From an uncultured Gammaproteobacteria bacterium (GTDB lineage Bacteria > Patescibacteriota > Patescibacteriia > Magasanikbacterales > UBA922): a DNA stretch of 56,871 bases. Below are positions 27,560-36,142 of this stretch, piece by piece (the stretch's first letter is position 1; each line of letters starts with the position of its first letter). The stretch lies in NCBI GenBank assembly GCA_964435035.1, contig CAYSXR010000005.1, positions 10,564 through 67,434 on the forward strand. Reading direction: 5' to 3'. The notes beneath the pieces were generated by a model. It did no database searches, was not told where the DNA came from, and saw only the letters and a list, made by a program, of their open reading frames with translations. The position numbers and the translations under genes were made by a program.

Positions 27560-27681
27560 GCGTTGCCCCTATCCGGTTGTTGTATTTGATTGAAGCACAC
27601 GAGAGAGTAATGCTTCTTCAGGAAAAGATTATCACAATATGTGATTTTGTAAAGGAGGGGAGTATGTTATACTAAAATTCT

Positions 27682-28833
27682 ATGCACACCAACTTTTGGA
27701 AATATTTCGCAATTATGAGTGCCTCAGCAGCTGTTGTGGCTATGATGGTCACCTGGGTATTCTGGTCGTCTAGCCCATCAGATTCTAGTAACAACAGTCC
27801 AAGTGTTAGTAAGAAGACTGTTGAAGAAAATAATGAGAATGCCGTGCTGGTAGTTCCAGAAAAAGATAAACTCACTATACTCGCAGCAGGGGACATCATG
27901 CTCGATCGCACGATGCTTCTTTTGGCACAAAAACATAATGATTTTGGTTATTCATTTCGCATGATTTCTTCTACCATGCGACAAGCCGATCTCCGTGTAG
28001 CGAATCTCGAAGGACCTATAACCACAAATAAATCTATTTCAAATGGCGAAGGGGGTGCCCGATTTAGTTTTACGTTTTCACCAAAAGTCACCTCAACACT
28101 CAAAGAAAATTTTGATGTGGTGAGTCTGGCAAATAATCACACCACGAATTTCGGATTCGAAGGTCTAGAACAAACCAAAAAGTTTCTTGACGAAGCAGGA
28201 ATAGAGTGGTTTGGCGATCCGAATAATCGGGCAGGGCAAAAACTTTCGGTAATCGTGGAAAAAAATGGATTCAAGATTGGATTTGTAGGATATCATCAAC
28301 TCGTAGAAATTGGTTTTGAACAGGTGATTGCCGAGGTAGAAAAAATTCGTCCCGAGGTAGATATCATTATTGCCTACCCGCATTGGGGAGTCGAGTATGT
28401 GACGACCACCCCTTCACTGCTCCAAGAAAAAGAAGCTCATGCATTGGTAGATGCAGGTGTTGATATAGTCATTGGTGCACACCCACATGTGATTCAGCCT
28501 GTGGAAATATATAAAGATAAAATTATATTTTATAGTCTAGGAAATTTTGTATTCGATCAATATTTTTCACTTCAAACCATGCAAGGACTGTTACTTTCAT
28601 TAGAATTAGAAAAAGATACTGAAAATATTGATACAAGAATTACTTTAATTCCGGTACATATTAATAAGCAGAGTCAGCCATTTGTAGCGGATAGTGTTGA
28701 GCGTGAATCAGTTCTTTCACTCGTTGGCCGAGTGTCAATTGGAGATGAAAATTTAAGAGAATCAATAACAAATGGAATGATCTCCTTTACAGTCCCGGTT
28801 CAAAAAAATACGGTGCTAGTACCGATGAAATAA
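27682..28833 (+). CDS. CapA family protein (PGA_cap metallophosphatase-like)
   Basis: LAAGDIMLDR, ANLEGPIT, SLANNHTTNFG, YPHWGVEY, GAHPHVIQP, YSLGNFVFDQ. Confidence 0.88.
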   Translation: MHTNFWKYFAIMSASAAVVAMMVTWVFWSSSPSDSSNNSPSVSKKTVEENNENAVLVVPEKDKLTILAAGDIMLDRTMLLLAQKHNDFGYSFRMISSTMRQADLRVANLEGPITTNKSISNGEGGARFSFTFSPKVTSTLKENFDVVSLANNHTTNFGFEGLEQTKKFLDEAGIEWFGDPNNRAGQKLSVIVEKNGFKIGFVGYHQLVEIGFEQVIAEVEKIRPEVDIIIAYPHWGVEYVTTTPSLLQEKEAHALVDAGVDIVIGAHPHVIQPVEIYKDKIIFYSLGNFVFDQYFSLQTMQGLLLSLELEKDTENIDTRITLIPVHINKQSQPFVADSVERESVLSLVGRVSIGDENLRESITNGMISFTVPVQKNTVLVPMK

Positions 28834-28835
28834 TA

Positions 28836-28865
28836 TTGACACCTGAGAGGTAGTATCAGTATACT
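28836..28865 (+). promoter_or_regulatory. sigma70-type promoter
   Basis: TTGACA 28836-28841, 18-nt spacer, TATACT 28860-28865. Confidence 0.55.
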
Positions 28866-28898
28866 ACTCGAATAATTTATTTTTTTATTATATATCTT

Positions 28899-29315
28899 AT
28901 GAACAGACTGAGTATCTTCGTGGTCGTACTTCTTCTCGTTGGTGCAGGGTGTTCTTCATATGTAGAAACAGATACACGACCAGAATCTACTACTTCGTAC
29001 AGTGAGACAAAAGAAACATCTCCTGTAGAAGAGAATCGTGCGGATACTGAGGTATCTACTGATACAGCAACTGCCGATACAACATTTACGCTTGCTGATG
29101 TCTCGAAGCATGGTTCAAAAGATGATTGTTATACTACCGTGCGTGGTGAAGTGTATGATGTGACTTCCTGGGTGTCCAAGCATCCTGGCGGTGAAAAGGC
29201 GATACTCTCTATTTGCGGAAAAGATGGCACTGCATTATTCGAAAAAAAACATGATGGGCAGCCACGACCTGAAAATGAGTTGAGTACATTCAAGATAGGT
29301 ACGTTGGTACAATAA
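28899..29315 (+). CDS. lipoprotein with a cytochrome b5-like heme/steroid-binding domain
   Basis: Lipobox LVGAGCSS; C-terminal HGSKDDCYTTVRGEVYDVTSWVSKHPGG...CGKDGTALFEKKH. Confidence 0.8.
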   Translation: MNRLSIFVVVLLLVGAGCSSYVETDTRPESTTSYSETKETSPVEENRADTEVSTDTATADTTFTLADVSKHGSKDDCYTTVRGEVYDVTSWVSKHPGGEKAILSICGKDGTALFEKKHDGQPRPENELSTFKIGTLVQ

Positions 29316-29410
29316 CATGTGGTAAGAGTAAGAAAAGTATCGATTGATCGATACTTTTCTTTTGTACCGGCTAATGCTAGAATGAGCATATTCAATTTTA
29401 AAATAATTTT

Positions 29411-29821
29411 ATGAGCTTTATCCAGGATTTCAAAAAGTTTGCCATGCGGGGAAATATGATCGATATGGCAGTAGGTATTATTATAGGTGGAGCATTTGGG
29501 AAAATTGTATCTTCGCTCGTGAATGATGTGATTATGCCTCCGCTCGGGTATATAATTGGCGGAGTAGATTTCAAGAATCTGAAAGTGGTATTAAAACCAG
29601 AAGAAATGAATGCTGTAGGTGAAGTAGTGGCACAAACAGTGTCTTTCAACTATGGTATGTTTATCCAAAACATCATGGATTTTCTGATTATCGCTCTTGC
29701 GGTTTTTATGATGGTAAAGATTGCGAATAAAATGGCAAAGAAAAAAGAACCAGAGCCAGCGACTCCACCAAAACAAGAAATGCTACTTGAAGAAATTAGA
29801 GATCTATTGAAGAAACAGTAA
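29411..29821 (+). CDS. mscL: large-conductance mechanosensitive channel
   Basis: [40 protein letters not shown]. Confidence 0.93.
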   Translation: MSFIQDFKKFAMRGNMIDMAVGIIIGGAFGKIVSSLVNDVIMPPLGYIIGGVDFKNLKVVLKPEEMNAVGEVVAQTVSFNYGMFIQNIMDFLIIALAVFMMVKIANKMAKKKEPEPATPPKQEMLLEEIRDLLKKQ

Positions 29822-29906
29822 ATTTTCTAAGTTAGCTGAGTTAAATTAGCAATTTTAGCATCTCAAGCCTTTTGAGCATCCTAAGCTTCTCTAGCCTGTA
29901 TTAACT

Positions 29907-31541
29907 ATGAAAGCATCAGAACTATTCGTCAAAGCACTCGAACATGAGGGGGTGAAATTTATTTTCGGTATTCCTGGAGAGGAGAATTTAGATTTATTGG
30001 AAGCTCTGAGTCATTCATCAATCAAGCTAGTGGTCACACGGCACGAACAAAGTGCGGGATTTATGGCAGCTACGTACGGTAGGCTAACTGGAAAAGTAGG
30101 TGTGTGTCTTTCAACCCTTGGTCCGGGAGCTACCAATCTGGTTACTGCGGCTGCATATGCACAATTAGGTGCAATGCCTATGCTTATGATTACGGGACAA
30201 AAGCCGATCAAGAAGAGTAAACAAGGTCATTTCCAGATTATTGATACCGTGCAGATGATGCGTCCGCTCACAAAATTTACCAAACAAATAGTACATGCAG
30301 AGAATATTCCTGCATTGGTCAGAGAAGCATTTAGATTTGCAATTGAGGAAAGACCAGGCGCAGTTCATCTTGAACTTCCTGAAGACATTGCTGCGGAAGA
30401 AGTTGAGAATATTTCATTATTTGAAATCAATCAGATTAGACGTTCGGCAGCAGAAGAAAAAGCCGTTGCACGTGCTGTTGAAATGATAGAAACCGTGAAA
30501 CATCCCCTTATTCTTGTTGGTGCTGGTGCAAATCGGAAACTGGTGAGTAAATCATTATTGCAGTTTATTGAAAAAACACAGATCCCATTTTTTACCACTC
30601 AAATGGGAAAAGGGGTTATTGATGAGTCGCACCCACTACATCTGGGCTGTGCAGCACTCTCTGCAAATGATTACCTACATTGCGCAGTTGATCGAGCTGA
30701 CTTGATTATCAATGTTGGGCATGATGTGATTGAAAAGCCTCCATTTTTTATGAAGCAAGGACAACAAGTAATCCATGTTAATTTTTTTAGTGCACATGTA
30801 GATAGTGTCTATTTTCCACAATGGGAAGTACTTGGTGATATTGGAAATGGATTGTGGCAAATAACTGAGAAAATATCACCGAAACAATGGGACAATTCCT
30901 ATCCATTAAAAGTAAAAAAATATATTGAAGATAAACTAAATGAAGTGTCTAGTAGTTCATTCCCTATGAAGCCACAGCATATTGTGGCAGAAGTAAGGGG
31001 TGTGCTGCCTCGTGATGGTATCCTCTCTCTGGATAACGGAATGTACAAACTTTGGTTTGCACGTTACTTTCGCGCATATGAGAGAAACACAGTACTCCTT
31101 GATAATGCGCTCGCGACGATGGGGGCAGGATTACCTGGTGGAATTGCGGCAAAACTCGTGGATCCAGAAAAAAAAGTCGTTGTCGTTGCAGGAGATGGCG
31201 GATTTATGATGAATTCTCAGGAATTAGAAACTGCACTTCGACTCAAACTTGATCTAGTTATCCTTATTCTGAACGATAATGGGTATGGTATGATCAAGTG
31301 GAAACAGGAAAGTCAAAAAATGCATGATTTCGGATTGAGTTTTACCAATCCTGATTTTGTAAAATATGCTGAGAGTTATGGTGCATATGGGTATCGAGTT
31401 ACCGAGACTGAATCACTCAAGTCATTGTTAGAAAAAACCCTGTCACTGCCGGGAGTACATGTGATTGAAGTACCGATTGATTATTCAGAAAATTACAAAG
31501 TGTTTACCAAAGAATTGCAAGATAAAGTTTGTCCAGTTTAA
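29907..31541 (+). CDS. thiamine diphosphate-dependent enzyme, acetolactate synthase (AlsS)-like
   Basis: N-terminal Pyr domain (FGIPGEENLDLLEAL...RHEQSAGFMA), ThDP motif GDGGFMMNSQELET...ILNDNGYG. 544 aa, with no small regulatory subunit nearby. Confidence 0.8.
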   Translation: MKASELFVKALEHEGVKFIFGIPGEENLDLLEALSHSSIKLVVTRHEQSAGFMAATYGRLTGKVGVCLSTLGPGATNLVTAAAYAQLGAMPMLMITGQKPIKKSKQGHFQIIDTVQMMRPLTKFTKQIVHAENIPALVREAFRFAIEERPGAVHLELPEDIAAEEVENISLFEINQIRRSAAEEKAVARAVEMIETVKHPLILVGAGANRKLVSKSLLQFIEKTQIPFFTTQMGKGVIDESHPLHLGCAALSANDYLHCAVDRADLIINVGHDVIEKPPFFMKQGQQVIHVNFFSAHVDSVYFPQWEVLGDIGNGLWQITEKISPKQWDNSYPLKVKKYIEDKLNEVSSSSFPMKPQHIVAEVRGVLPRDGILSLDNGMYKLWFARYFRAYERNTVLLDNALATMGAGLPGGIAAKLVDPEKKVVVVAGDGGFMMNSQELETALRLKLDLVILILNDNGYGMIKWKQESQKMHDFGLSFTNPDFVKYAESYGAYGYRVTETESLKSLLEKTLSLPGVHVIEVPIDYSENYKVFTKELQDKVCPV

Positions 31542-31544
31542 AGA

Positions 31545-31646
31545 ATTAATCCGTGTTGATCCGTCTAATCCGTTCAATCCGTGTTCTATCAACGAATGAA
31601 AATGGAACACAGATAACGCGGATCTAACGGATTGGAACGGATTAAA
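31545..31646. repeat. imperfect palindrome built from ATCCGT/ACGGAT units (member of the TAGAACACGGAT family)
   Basis: The left arm has AATCCGTGTTG ATCCGTCTA ATCCGTTCA ATCCGTGTTC. The right arm GGAACACAGATAACGCGGATCTAACGGATTGGAACGGATT is its approximate reverse complement. Confidence 0.75.
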
Positions 31647-31654
31647 TACATAAT

Positions 31655-33019
31655 ATGCCAATTATTTCCCACAATCCAGCAACTGGCGAAGATATACAAA
31701 AGTTTGAAGAGCTTACTGATGAACAAATAAAAGATAAAATCGCAAAAGCGCAATCAGCTTTTGAGTTGTACAAAAAAGTATCAATTGAAAAGCGATCCGA
31801 AATGCTTCGTCGTGTTGCTGTTCATCTCCGTGGCAAGAAGACTGTATATGGAACATTAATTACCGAAGAAATCGGTCGACCACTTGCTCCATCTATTGCT
31901 GAAATCGAAAAATGTGCGGTCGCATGTGAATATTATGCAGAACATGGTTCTGAAATGCTCAAACGTGAAATGGTTGCAACTGATGCGAAAGAAAGTTACG
32001 TATCGCTCGAACCTCTGGGAATAGTCTTTGCAGTCATGCCATGGAATTATCCTTTTTGGCAAGTATTGCGTTTTGCTGCACCCGCACTTATCGCTGGCAA
32101 CGTGGGATTGTTGAAACATGCGTCAAATGTTCCACAATGCGCAGAAGCAATCGAAAACTTATTTCTCGAATGTGGATACGAAGAGGGTATATTTCAAAAT
32201 ATATTGGTAAGCGGTGGGCGTACGGAGGTTATTATTCGTGATCCACGTGTAAAAGCAGTTACACTTACCGGAAGTGAATGGGCGGGGAGAAAAGTGGCAG
32301 AAATCGCAGGAGATGAGATTAAGCCAGTAGTATTGGAACTCGGTGGAAGTGACGCATTCATTGTTCTTGCAAGTGCAGATATTGAGAAAGCTGCACATGT
32401 GGGTGCTGCAGCACGACTGCAAAATTGCGGACAGAGCTGTATTGCAGCAAAGCGATTTATTATCGAAGAATCAGTATATGATAATTTTTTAGCATTATTT
32501 ACCACTGAATTCAAAAACTATATTCCAGATGATCCGAAGAAAGAAGGGGTATTGATTGGACCTATTGCTTCATCATCAGGATTGGAAGAAATAGAAAAAC
32601 AAGTGGTGTCTTCAATTGAAAAAGGGGCGAGTCTAGTAATTGGCGGGAATAGAATAGAGAAACCAGGTTATTTTTATACACCCACTATTTTGACGGGAGT
32701 AAAATCTGGAATGCCTGCGTATAATGAAGAAATTTTTGGGCCTGTAGCTTCAGTTATTAAAGTAAAGGACGAAAGAGAAGCAATTGCTGTCGCAAATGAT
32801 TCTCCATTCGGATTAGGAAGTTCCTTATGGTCGAACGATCGAGAACAGATTGAGCGATTAATACCACAAATCGAAGCTGGATGCGTGTTTGTAAATTCAA
32901 TGGTAAAATCAGATCCACGCCTTCCGTTTGGTGGAATAAAAAAATCCGGGATAGGTCGTGAACTCTCATATTTTGGACTTCGGGAGTTTGTGAATGTAAA
33001 AACTGTTTCAATTCAATAA
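31655..33019 (+). CDS. NAD(P)-dependent aldehyde dehydrogenase, succinate-semialdehyde dehydrogenase-like
   Basis: FPFWQV, LELGGSDAFIV, catalytic-Cys region QNCGQSCIAAKRF, EEIFGPV, PFGGIKKSGIGRE. 454 aa. Confidence 0.85.
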   Translation: MPIISHNPATGEDIQKFEELTDEQIKDKIAKAQSAFELYKKVSIEKRSEMLRRVAVHLRGKKTVYGTLITEEIGRPLAPSIAEIEKCAVACEYYAEHGSEMLKREMVATDAKESYVSLEPLGIVFAVMPWNYPFWQVLRFAAPALIAGNVGLLKHASNVPQCAEAIENLFLECGYEEGIFQNILVSGGRTEVIIRDPRVKAVTLTGSEWAGRKVAEIAGDEIKPVVLELGGSDAFIVLASADIEKAAHVGAAARLQNCGQSCIAAKRFIIEESVYDNFLALFTTEFKNYIPDDPKKEGVLIGPIASSSGLEEIEKQVVSSIEKGASLVIGGNRIEKPGYFYTPTILTGVKSGMPAYNEEIFGPVASVIKVKDEREAIAVANDSPFGLGSSLWSNDREQIERLIPQIEAGCVFVNSMVKSDPRLPFGGIKKSGIGRELSYFGLREFVNVKTVSIQ

Positions 33020-33029
33020 AAAGTTGTAT

Positions 33030-33120
33030 AATAGAACACGGATTGAACAAATCGTACGGAATAAAGACAGAATAAATTCTGTACTAATTTTGTGAGATTC
33101 TGTCTGATCCGTGTTCTATT
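33030..33120. repeat. MITE-/REP-like element with 14-bp perfect terminal inverted repeats
   Basis: AATAGAACACGGAT (33030-33043) and ATCCGTGTTCTATT (33107-33120). Nested inverted repeat AGACAGAAT (33065-33073) / ATTCTGTCT (33097-33105). Confidence 0.8.
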
Positions 33121-33127
33121 TTAAGAT

Positions 33128-35014
33128 ATGCAAACTGATCACAAACAACTTGCACAATTATGTGCCCAATCCTGCCGCAAGTCTATTCTCGAAATGACTG
33201 CACACGCGGGCAGTGGACATCCAGGAGGATCACTTTCGTCTATTGATTATCTTTCAGCACTCTATACTTCCATAATTTCACAGACAGGAGAACCTGTGTT
33301 TATTTCAAATGGTCACATATCACCCGCTGTATATGCAGTTTTAGCAGAAATGGGCTGGGTATCAAAAGAAGAAGTGCTTGAAGGGTTTCGAAAAAATGAC
33401 TCCCAGTTTGAAGGACATGTAACACGTCGTGTGCCTGGTGTATGGTATGGTACTGGACCGCTCGGTATCGGTCTCTCGGTCGCCTGCGGAACAGCACTCG
33501 GGTACAAAATAAATAAAACGAAACAAAGAGTGTATGTCATGATTGGAGATGGAGAAGGAAATGAAGGGCAGATTTATGAAGCGATGAATTTTGCGCACAA
33601 ATACAAGCTAGATAATCTGATTGTTGCAATGGATTACAATCGAGTACAACTCTCTGACTCGACTGAGTCTATTATGCCGTACAATCCAGTTGAATTTTTC
33701 AAAGCTGCAGGATGGAATGTGCTTGAAATCGATGGGCATAATTATGATGATATTTTTGAAGCATTAGAAATTACACAAAAGCCGAATGGTTATCCTACAT
33801 TCATTTGTGCGAGTACGATTATGGGTAAGGGAGTAGATTTTATGGAGAGGGAAGGAGTCGAACATAAGGCTACGTGGCACGGTAAAGCTCCGAGTAACGA
33901 ACAAATTGTTGATGCAGTTACGAGACTAACACTAAGCAGTGAAGAGGAAAAAATGCTTAACAAATTTCGAAAAGAGATTAAGATTAAACCTAGAATTTTT
34001 AAATCAGCAAGCCTGGGTGACACGATCAACATCAGAGCAGGAAAAGCAACATTGTATAGCGTAGACACACTTACTGATTGTCGTAGTGCGTATGGAGCTG
34101 CACTGGTCGATCTTGCAAAGTTGAACAAAAATATTATAGCACTCACCGCAGATCTTGGAGGATCAGTAAAAACTGATGGAGTTCAAAAAACATTTCCCAA
34201 TCGCCATATTGAATGTGGAGTAGCTGAACAATGTATGGTTTCCGCGTCAGCTGGGCTTGAGATTGCTGGATTTGTACCATTTTGTTCCACCTTTGGTGCA
34301 TTTATGACGAGCCGCGCAAAAGATCAGGTGCGGGTGAATGATATCAACGAGACCAATGTGAAGATGGTCGCGACTCATTGCGGTCTCTCTGTCGGGGAAG
34401 ATGGTCCGACGCACCAGGCGATTGATGATTCAGCATCGGTTATCGGCTTTTTCAATACAATGCAATTGGAACCCGCAGATCCGAATCATTGTGATAGACT
34501 CGTACGATTTGCCGCGACACATCAGGGTAATGTGTATCTGCGCATGGGTCGACATAAAATTCCCGTGCTTACCACGGGATCAGGAAAGCCATTTTTTGGT
34601 GAAAAATATAGTTACACCTATGGCAAGACTGATATTCTCCGAATTGGCGATGCGCTCACTATTGTTGCAATAGGTGGGGTGGTGATTGAAGCACTCCGTG
34701 CGTGGGAGATTCTCAAAACAGAAGGGATTACGGTTGAAATAGTGATTGCAAGTTCGATTAAAAAGTTTGATGAGACAGTATTCGAATCAATCAAAAAAAC
34801 AGGCAGAGTATTAACGGTCGAGGATCATAATCCATATTCAGGGTTGGGTGGAATGCTTGCAAGAGAGTGTGCAAGTCGAGGGATTACGTTTGAAAAATAC
34901 GAAATGCTTGGAGTGACTGAATACCAGTTGTCTGGTACTGCAGCAGAACTCTATCGTGCAGCGGGTATTGATGTGGATGTTATTGTTGCAAAAGTCAAAA
35001 GTGTGGTAGAATAA
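33128..35014 (+). CDS. tkt: transketolase (single-polypeptide form)
   Basis: GSGHPGGSLS, ThDP motif GDGEGNEGQIYEA, Pyr domain with ECGVAEQCMVS, and the C-terminal domain. 628 aa. Confidence 0.88.
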   Translation: MQTDHKQLAQLCAQSCRKSILEMTAHAGSGHPGGSLSSIDYLSALYTSIISQTGEPVFISNGHISPAVYAVLAEMGWVSKEEVLEGFRKNDSQFEGHVTRRVPGVWYGTGPLGIGLSVACGTALGYKINKTKQRVYVMIGDGEGNEGQIYEAMNFAHKYKLDNLIVAMDYNRVQLSDSTESIMPYNPVEFFKAAGWNVLEIDGHNYDDIFEALEITQKPNGYPTFICASTIMGKGVDFMEREGVEHKATWHGKAPSNEQIVDAVTRLTLSSEEEKMLNKFRKEIKIKPRIFKSASLGDTINIRAGKATLYSVDTLTDCRSAYGAALVDLAKLNKNIIALTADLGGSVKTDGVQKTFPNRHIECGVAEQCMVSASAGLEIAGFVPFCSTFGAFMTSRAKDQVRVNDINETNVKMVATHCGLSVGEDGPTHQAIDDSASVIGFFNTMQLEPADPNHCDRLVRFAATHQGNVYLRMGRHKIPVLTTGSGKPFFGEKYSYTYGKTDILRIGDALTIVAIGGVVIEALRAWEILKTEGITVEIVIASSIKKFDETVFESIKKTGRVLTVEDHNPYSGLGGMLARECASRGITFEKYEMLGVTEYQLSGTAAELYRAAGIDVDVIVAKVKSVVE

Positions 35015-35082
35015 AATGCGGATTGGCTAGAATGTAATAAAAAAATGAATTAATTCTTTGAAATTCAGTTCGATCCCGTATT

Positions 35083-35094
35083 ATCCGTGTTCTA
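35083..35094. repeat. solo copy of the ATCCGTGTTCTA repeat arm
   Basis: Exact 12-mer shared with 33107-33118. A degenerate partner (GCGGATTGG) lies at about 35018-35026. Confidence 0.6.
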
Positions 35095-35232
35095 TTAATT
35101 AGAAAACGTATACATAACATTAAAATTACAATTCCGAAAGTTACCGAATGGAAAGAGTTTCGAGCTCTACGTCTTCAAGCTCTCAAAAATGAACCCCATG
35201 CATTTAAGAATTGCTATCACGAAGAAATACAA

Positions 35233-35643
35233 TTGACTGAGAATGAATGGAAAAAGAAAATTTATAATTCATCCCGACATAATCGGGATGAATTTTTTAT
35301 TATAGCAAAAGTAGATAGTCAAATTGTAGGAATGGTAGGTGCTGAATTAAAGGATGGGGGTATATGGTCTCTTAAATCAGTGTATGTCGCATTCGAATAT
35401 CGAGGGCAGGGTATTGGGACGAGACTTCTTGAAAAAATAATAGAAAAACTTGAAAGAAATCGTCATGCACATATGATTGAACTTACCGTAAATACGGTAC
35501 AGTCAGCTGCAGTCAGTGTGTATAAGAAATGTGGATTTACCGTGAGAGAGGTTAAAGAAAATCAAGAATCAGGGGATGGAAAAAAATATACAAAATTTAA
35601 TATGTACCGCAATTTTTATCCAGTATCTGTAAGTTATAATTAG
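35233..35643 (+). CDS. GNAT family N-acetyltransferase (start codon problematic)
   Basis: Acetyl-CoA motif EYRGQGIGTRLLEKII. The frame stays open upstream to 35062 and encodes a GNAT-like N-terminus (IKITIPKVTEWKEFRALRLQALKNEPHAF) with no ATG/GTG/TTG before TTG 35233. Confidence 0.75.
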   Translation: MTENEWKKKIYNSSRHNRDEFFIIAKVDSQIVGMVGAELKDGGIWSLKSVYVAFEYRGQGIGTRLLEKIIEKLERNRHAHMIELTVNTVQSAAVSVYKKCGFTVREVKENQESGDGKKYTKFNMYRNFYPVSVSYN

Positions 35644-35683
35644 TTTTAGCTAAGTAGTTATCCCCAAATAACATATAATTTGT

Positions 35684-35711
35684 TTGACAGGGAATCTTTC
35701 CATGGTATATT
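35684..35711 (+). promoter_or_regulatory. sigma70-type promoter of GC-rich RNA locus 1
   Basis: TTGACA 35684-35689, 16-nt spacer, TATATT 35706-35711. Confidence 0.6.
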
Positions 35712-35717
35712 AGACAT

Positions 35718-36142
35718 AGGTTCACTCACACATAAGTTTCACCACAGCATCTATTCTGTAAAAATGTACAGTATGAATGGTGTGGTGAAGTTGTGGGGCG
35801 TCGAAAATACCAAAGCCTTGGTCATAGGCATCTTTCGACCATTCTCTTGGTCTTTCTTCGCTCCTCACTTCTCTCCACCATCTTGCTTCGCTGTTTGTGG
35901 GTACTTTGTTTCTACGAGTACCCGATTCCTTGAGACACATCTTGTCTCGGTCTCCCGCGGTATTTACCTCGGACAAACACAGAAAGGGGATTTCGGTCTC
36001 CACAAGCAAGCCATTCGACGGGATGTGTTTCGTCGAAAACAGTTCTTTCGTTCCATAGGGGCGACAACCATACGTGCAAACGTGTGTACGTCGCCCCTCC
36101 GTACACTTTCGTTTTCTTAATTGTAAAAGGAAACAAGAGCAA
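35718..36142 (+). ncRNA. unclassified GC-rich structured RNA candidate 1 (about 425 nt plus terminator)
   Basis: Many strong local stems, for example CACCACA/TGTGGTG (35740/35781), GGGTACT/AGTACCC, TTCGACG/CGTCGAA, and AGGGGCGAC/GTCGCCCCT (36057/36090). ORFs on both strands have non-protein-like composition. The 5-prime end is inferred from the promoter. Confidence 0.55.

Noticed and set aside
27275-27589. Plus-strand ORFs (27275..27589, 27071..27253) and other minus-strand frames (27246..27431, 27400..27600) in the GC-rich patch.
   Set aside because: Only the 27149..27559 minus frame shows third-position G/C periodicity and a protein-like sequence. The others are shadow ORFs of GC-rich DNA.
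29821-31646. A CRISPR array suggested by the periodic short repeats in the spacers at 29830-29897 and 31545-31646.
   Set aside because: - The units are 9-10 nt and degenerate.
- There are no unique spacers of 25-40 nt and no cas genes.
- The second element is a palindrome rather than a direct-repeat array.
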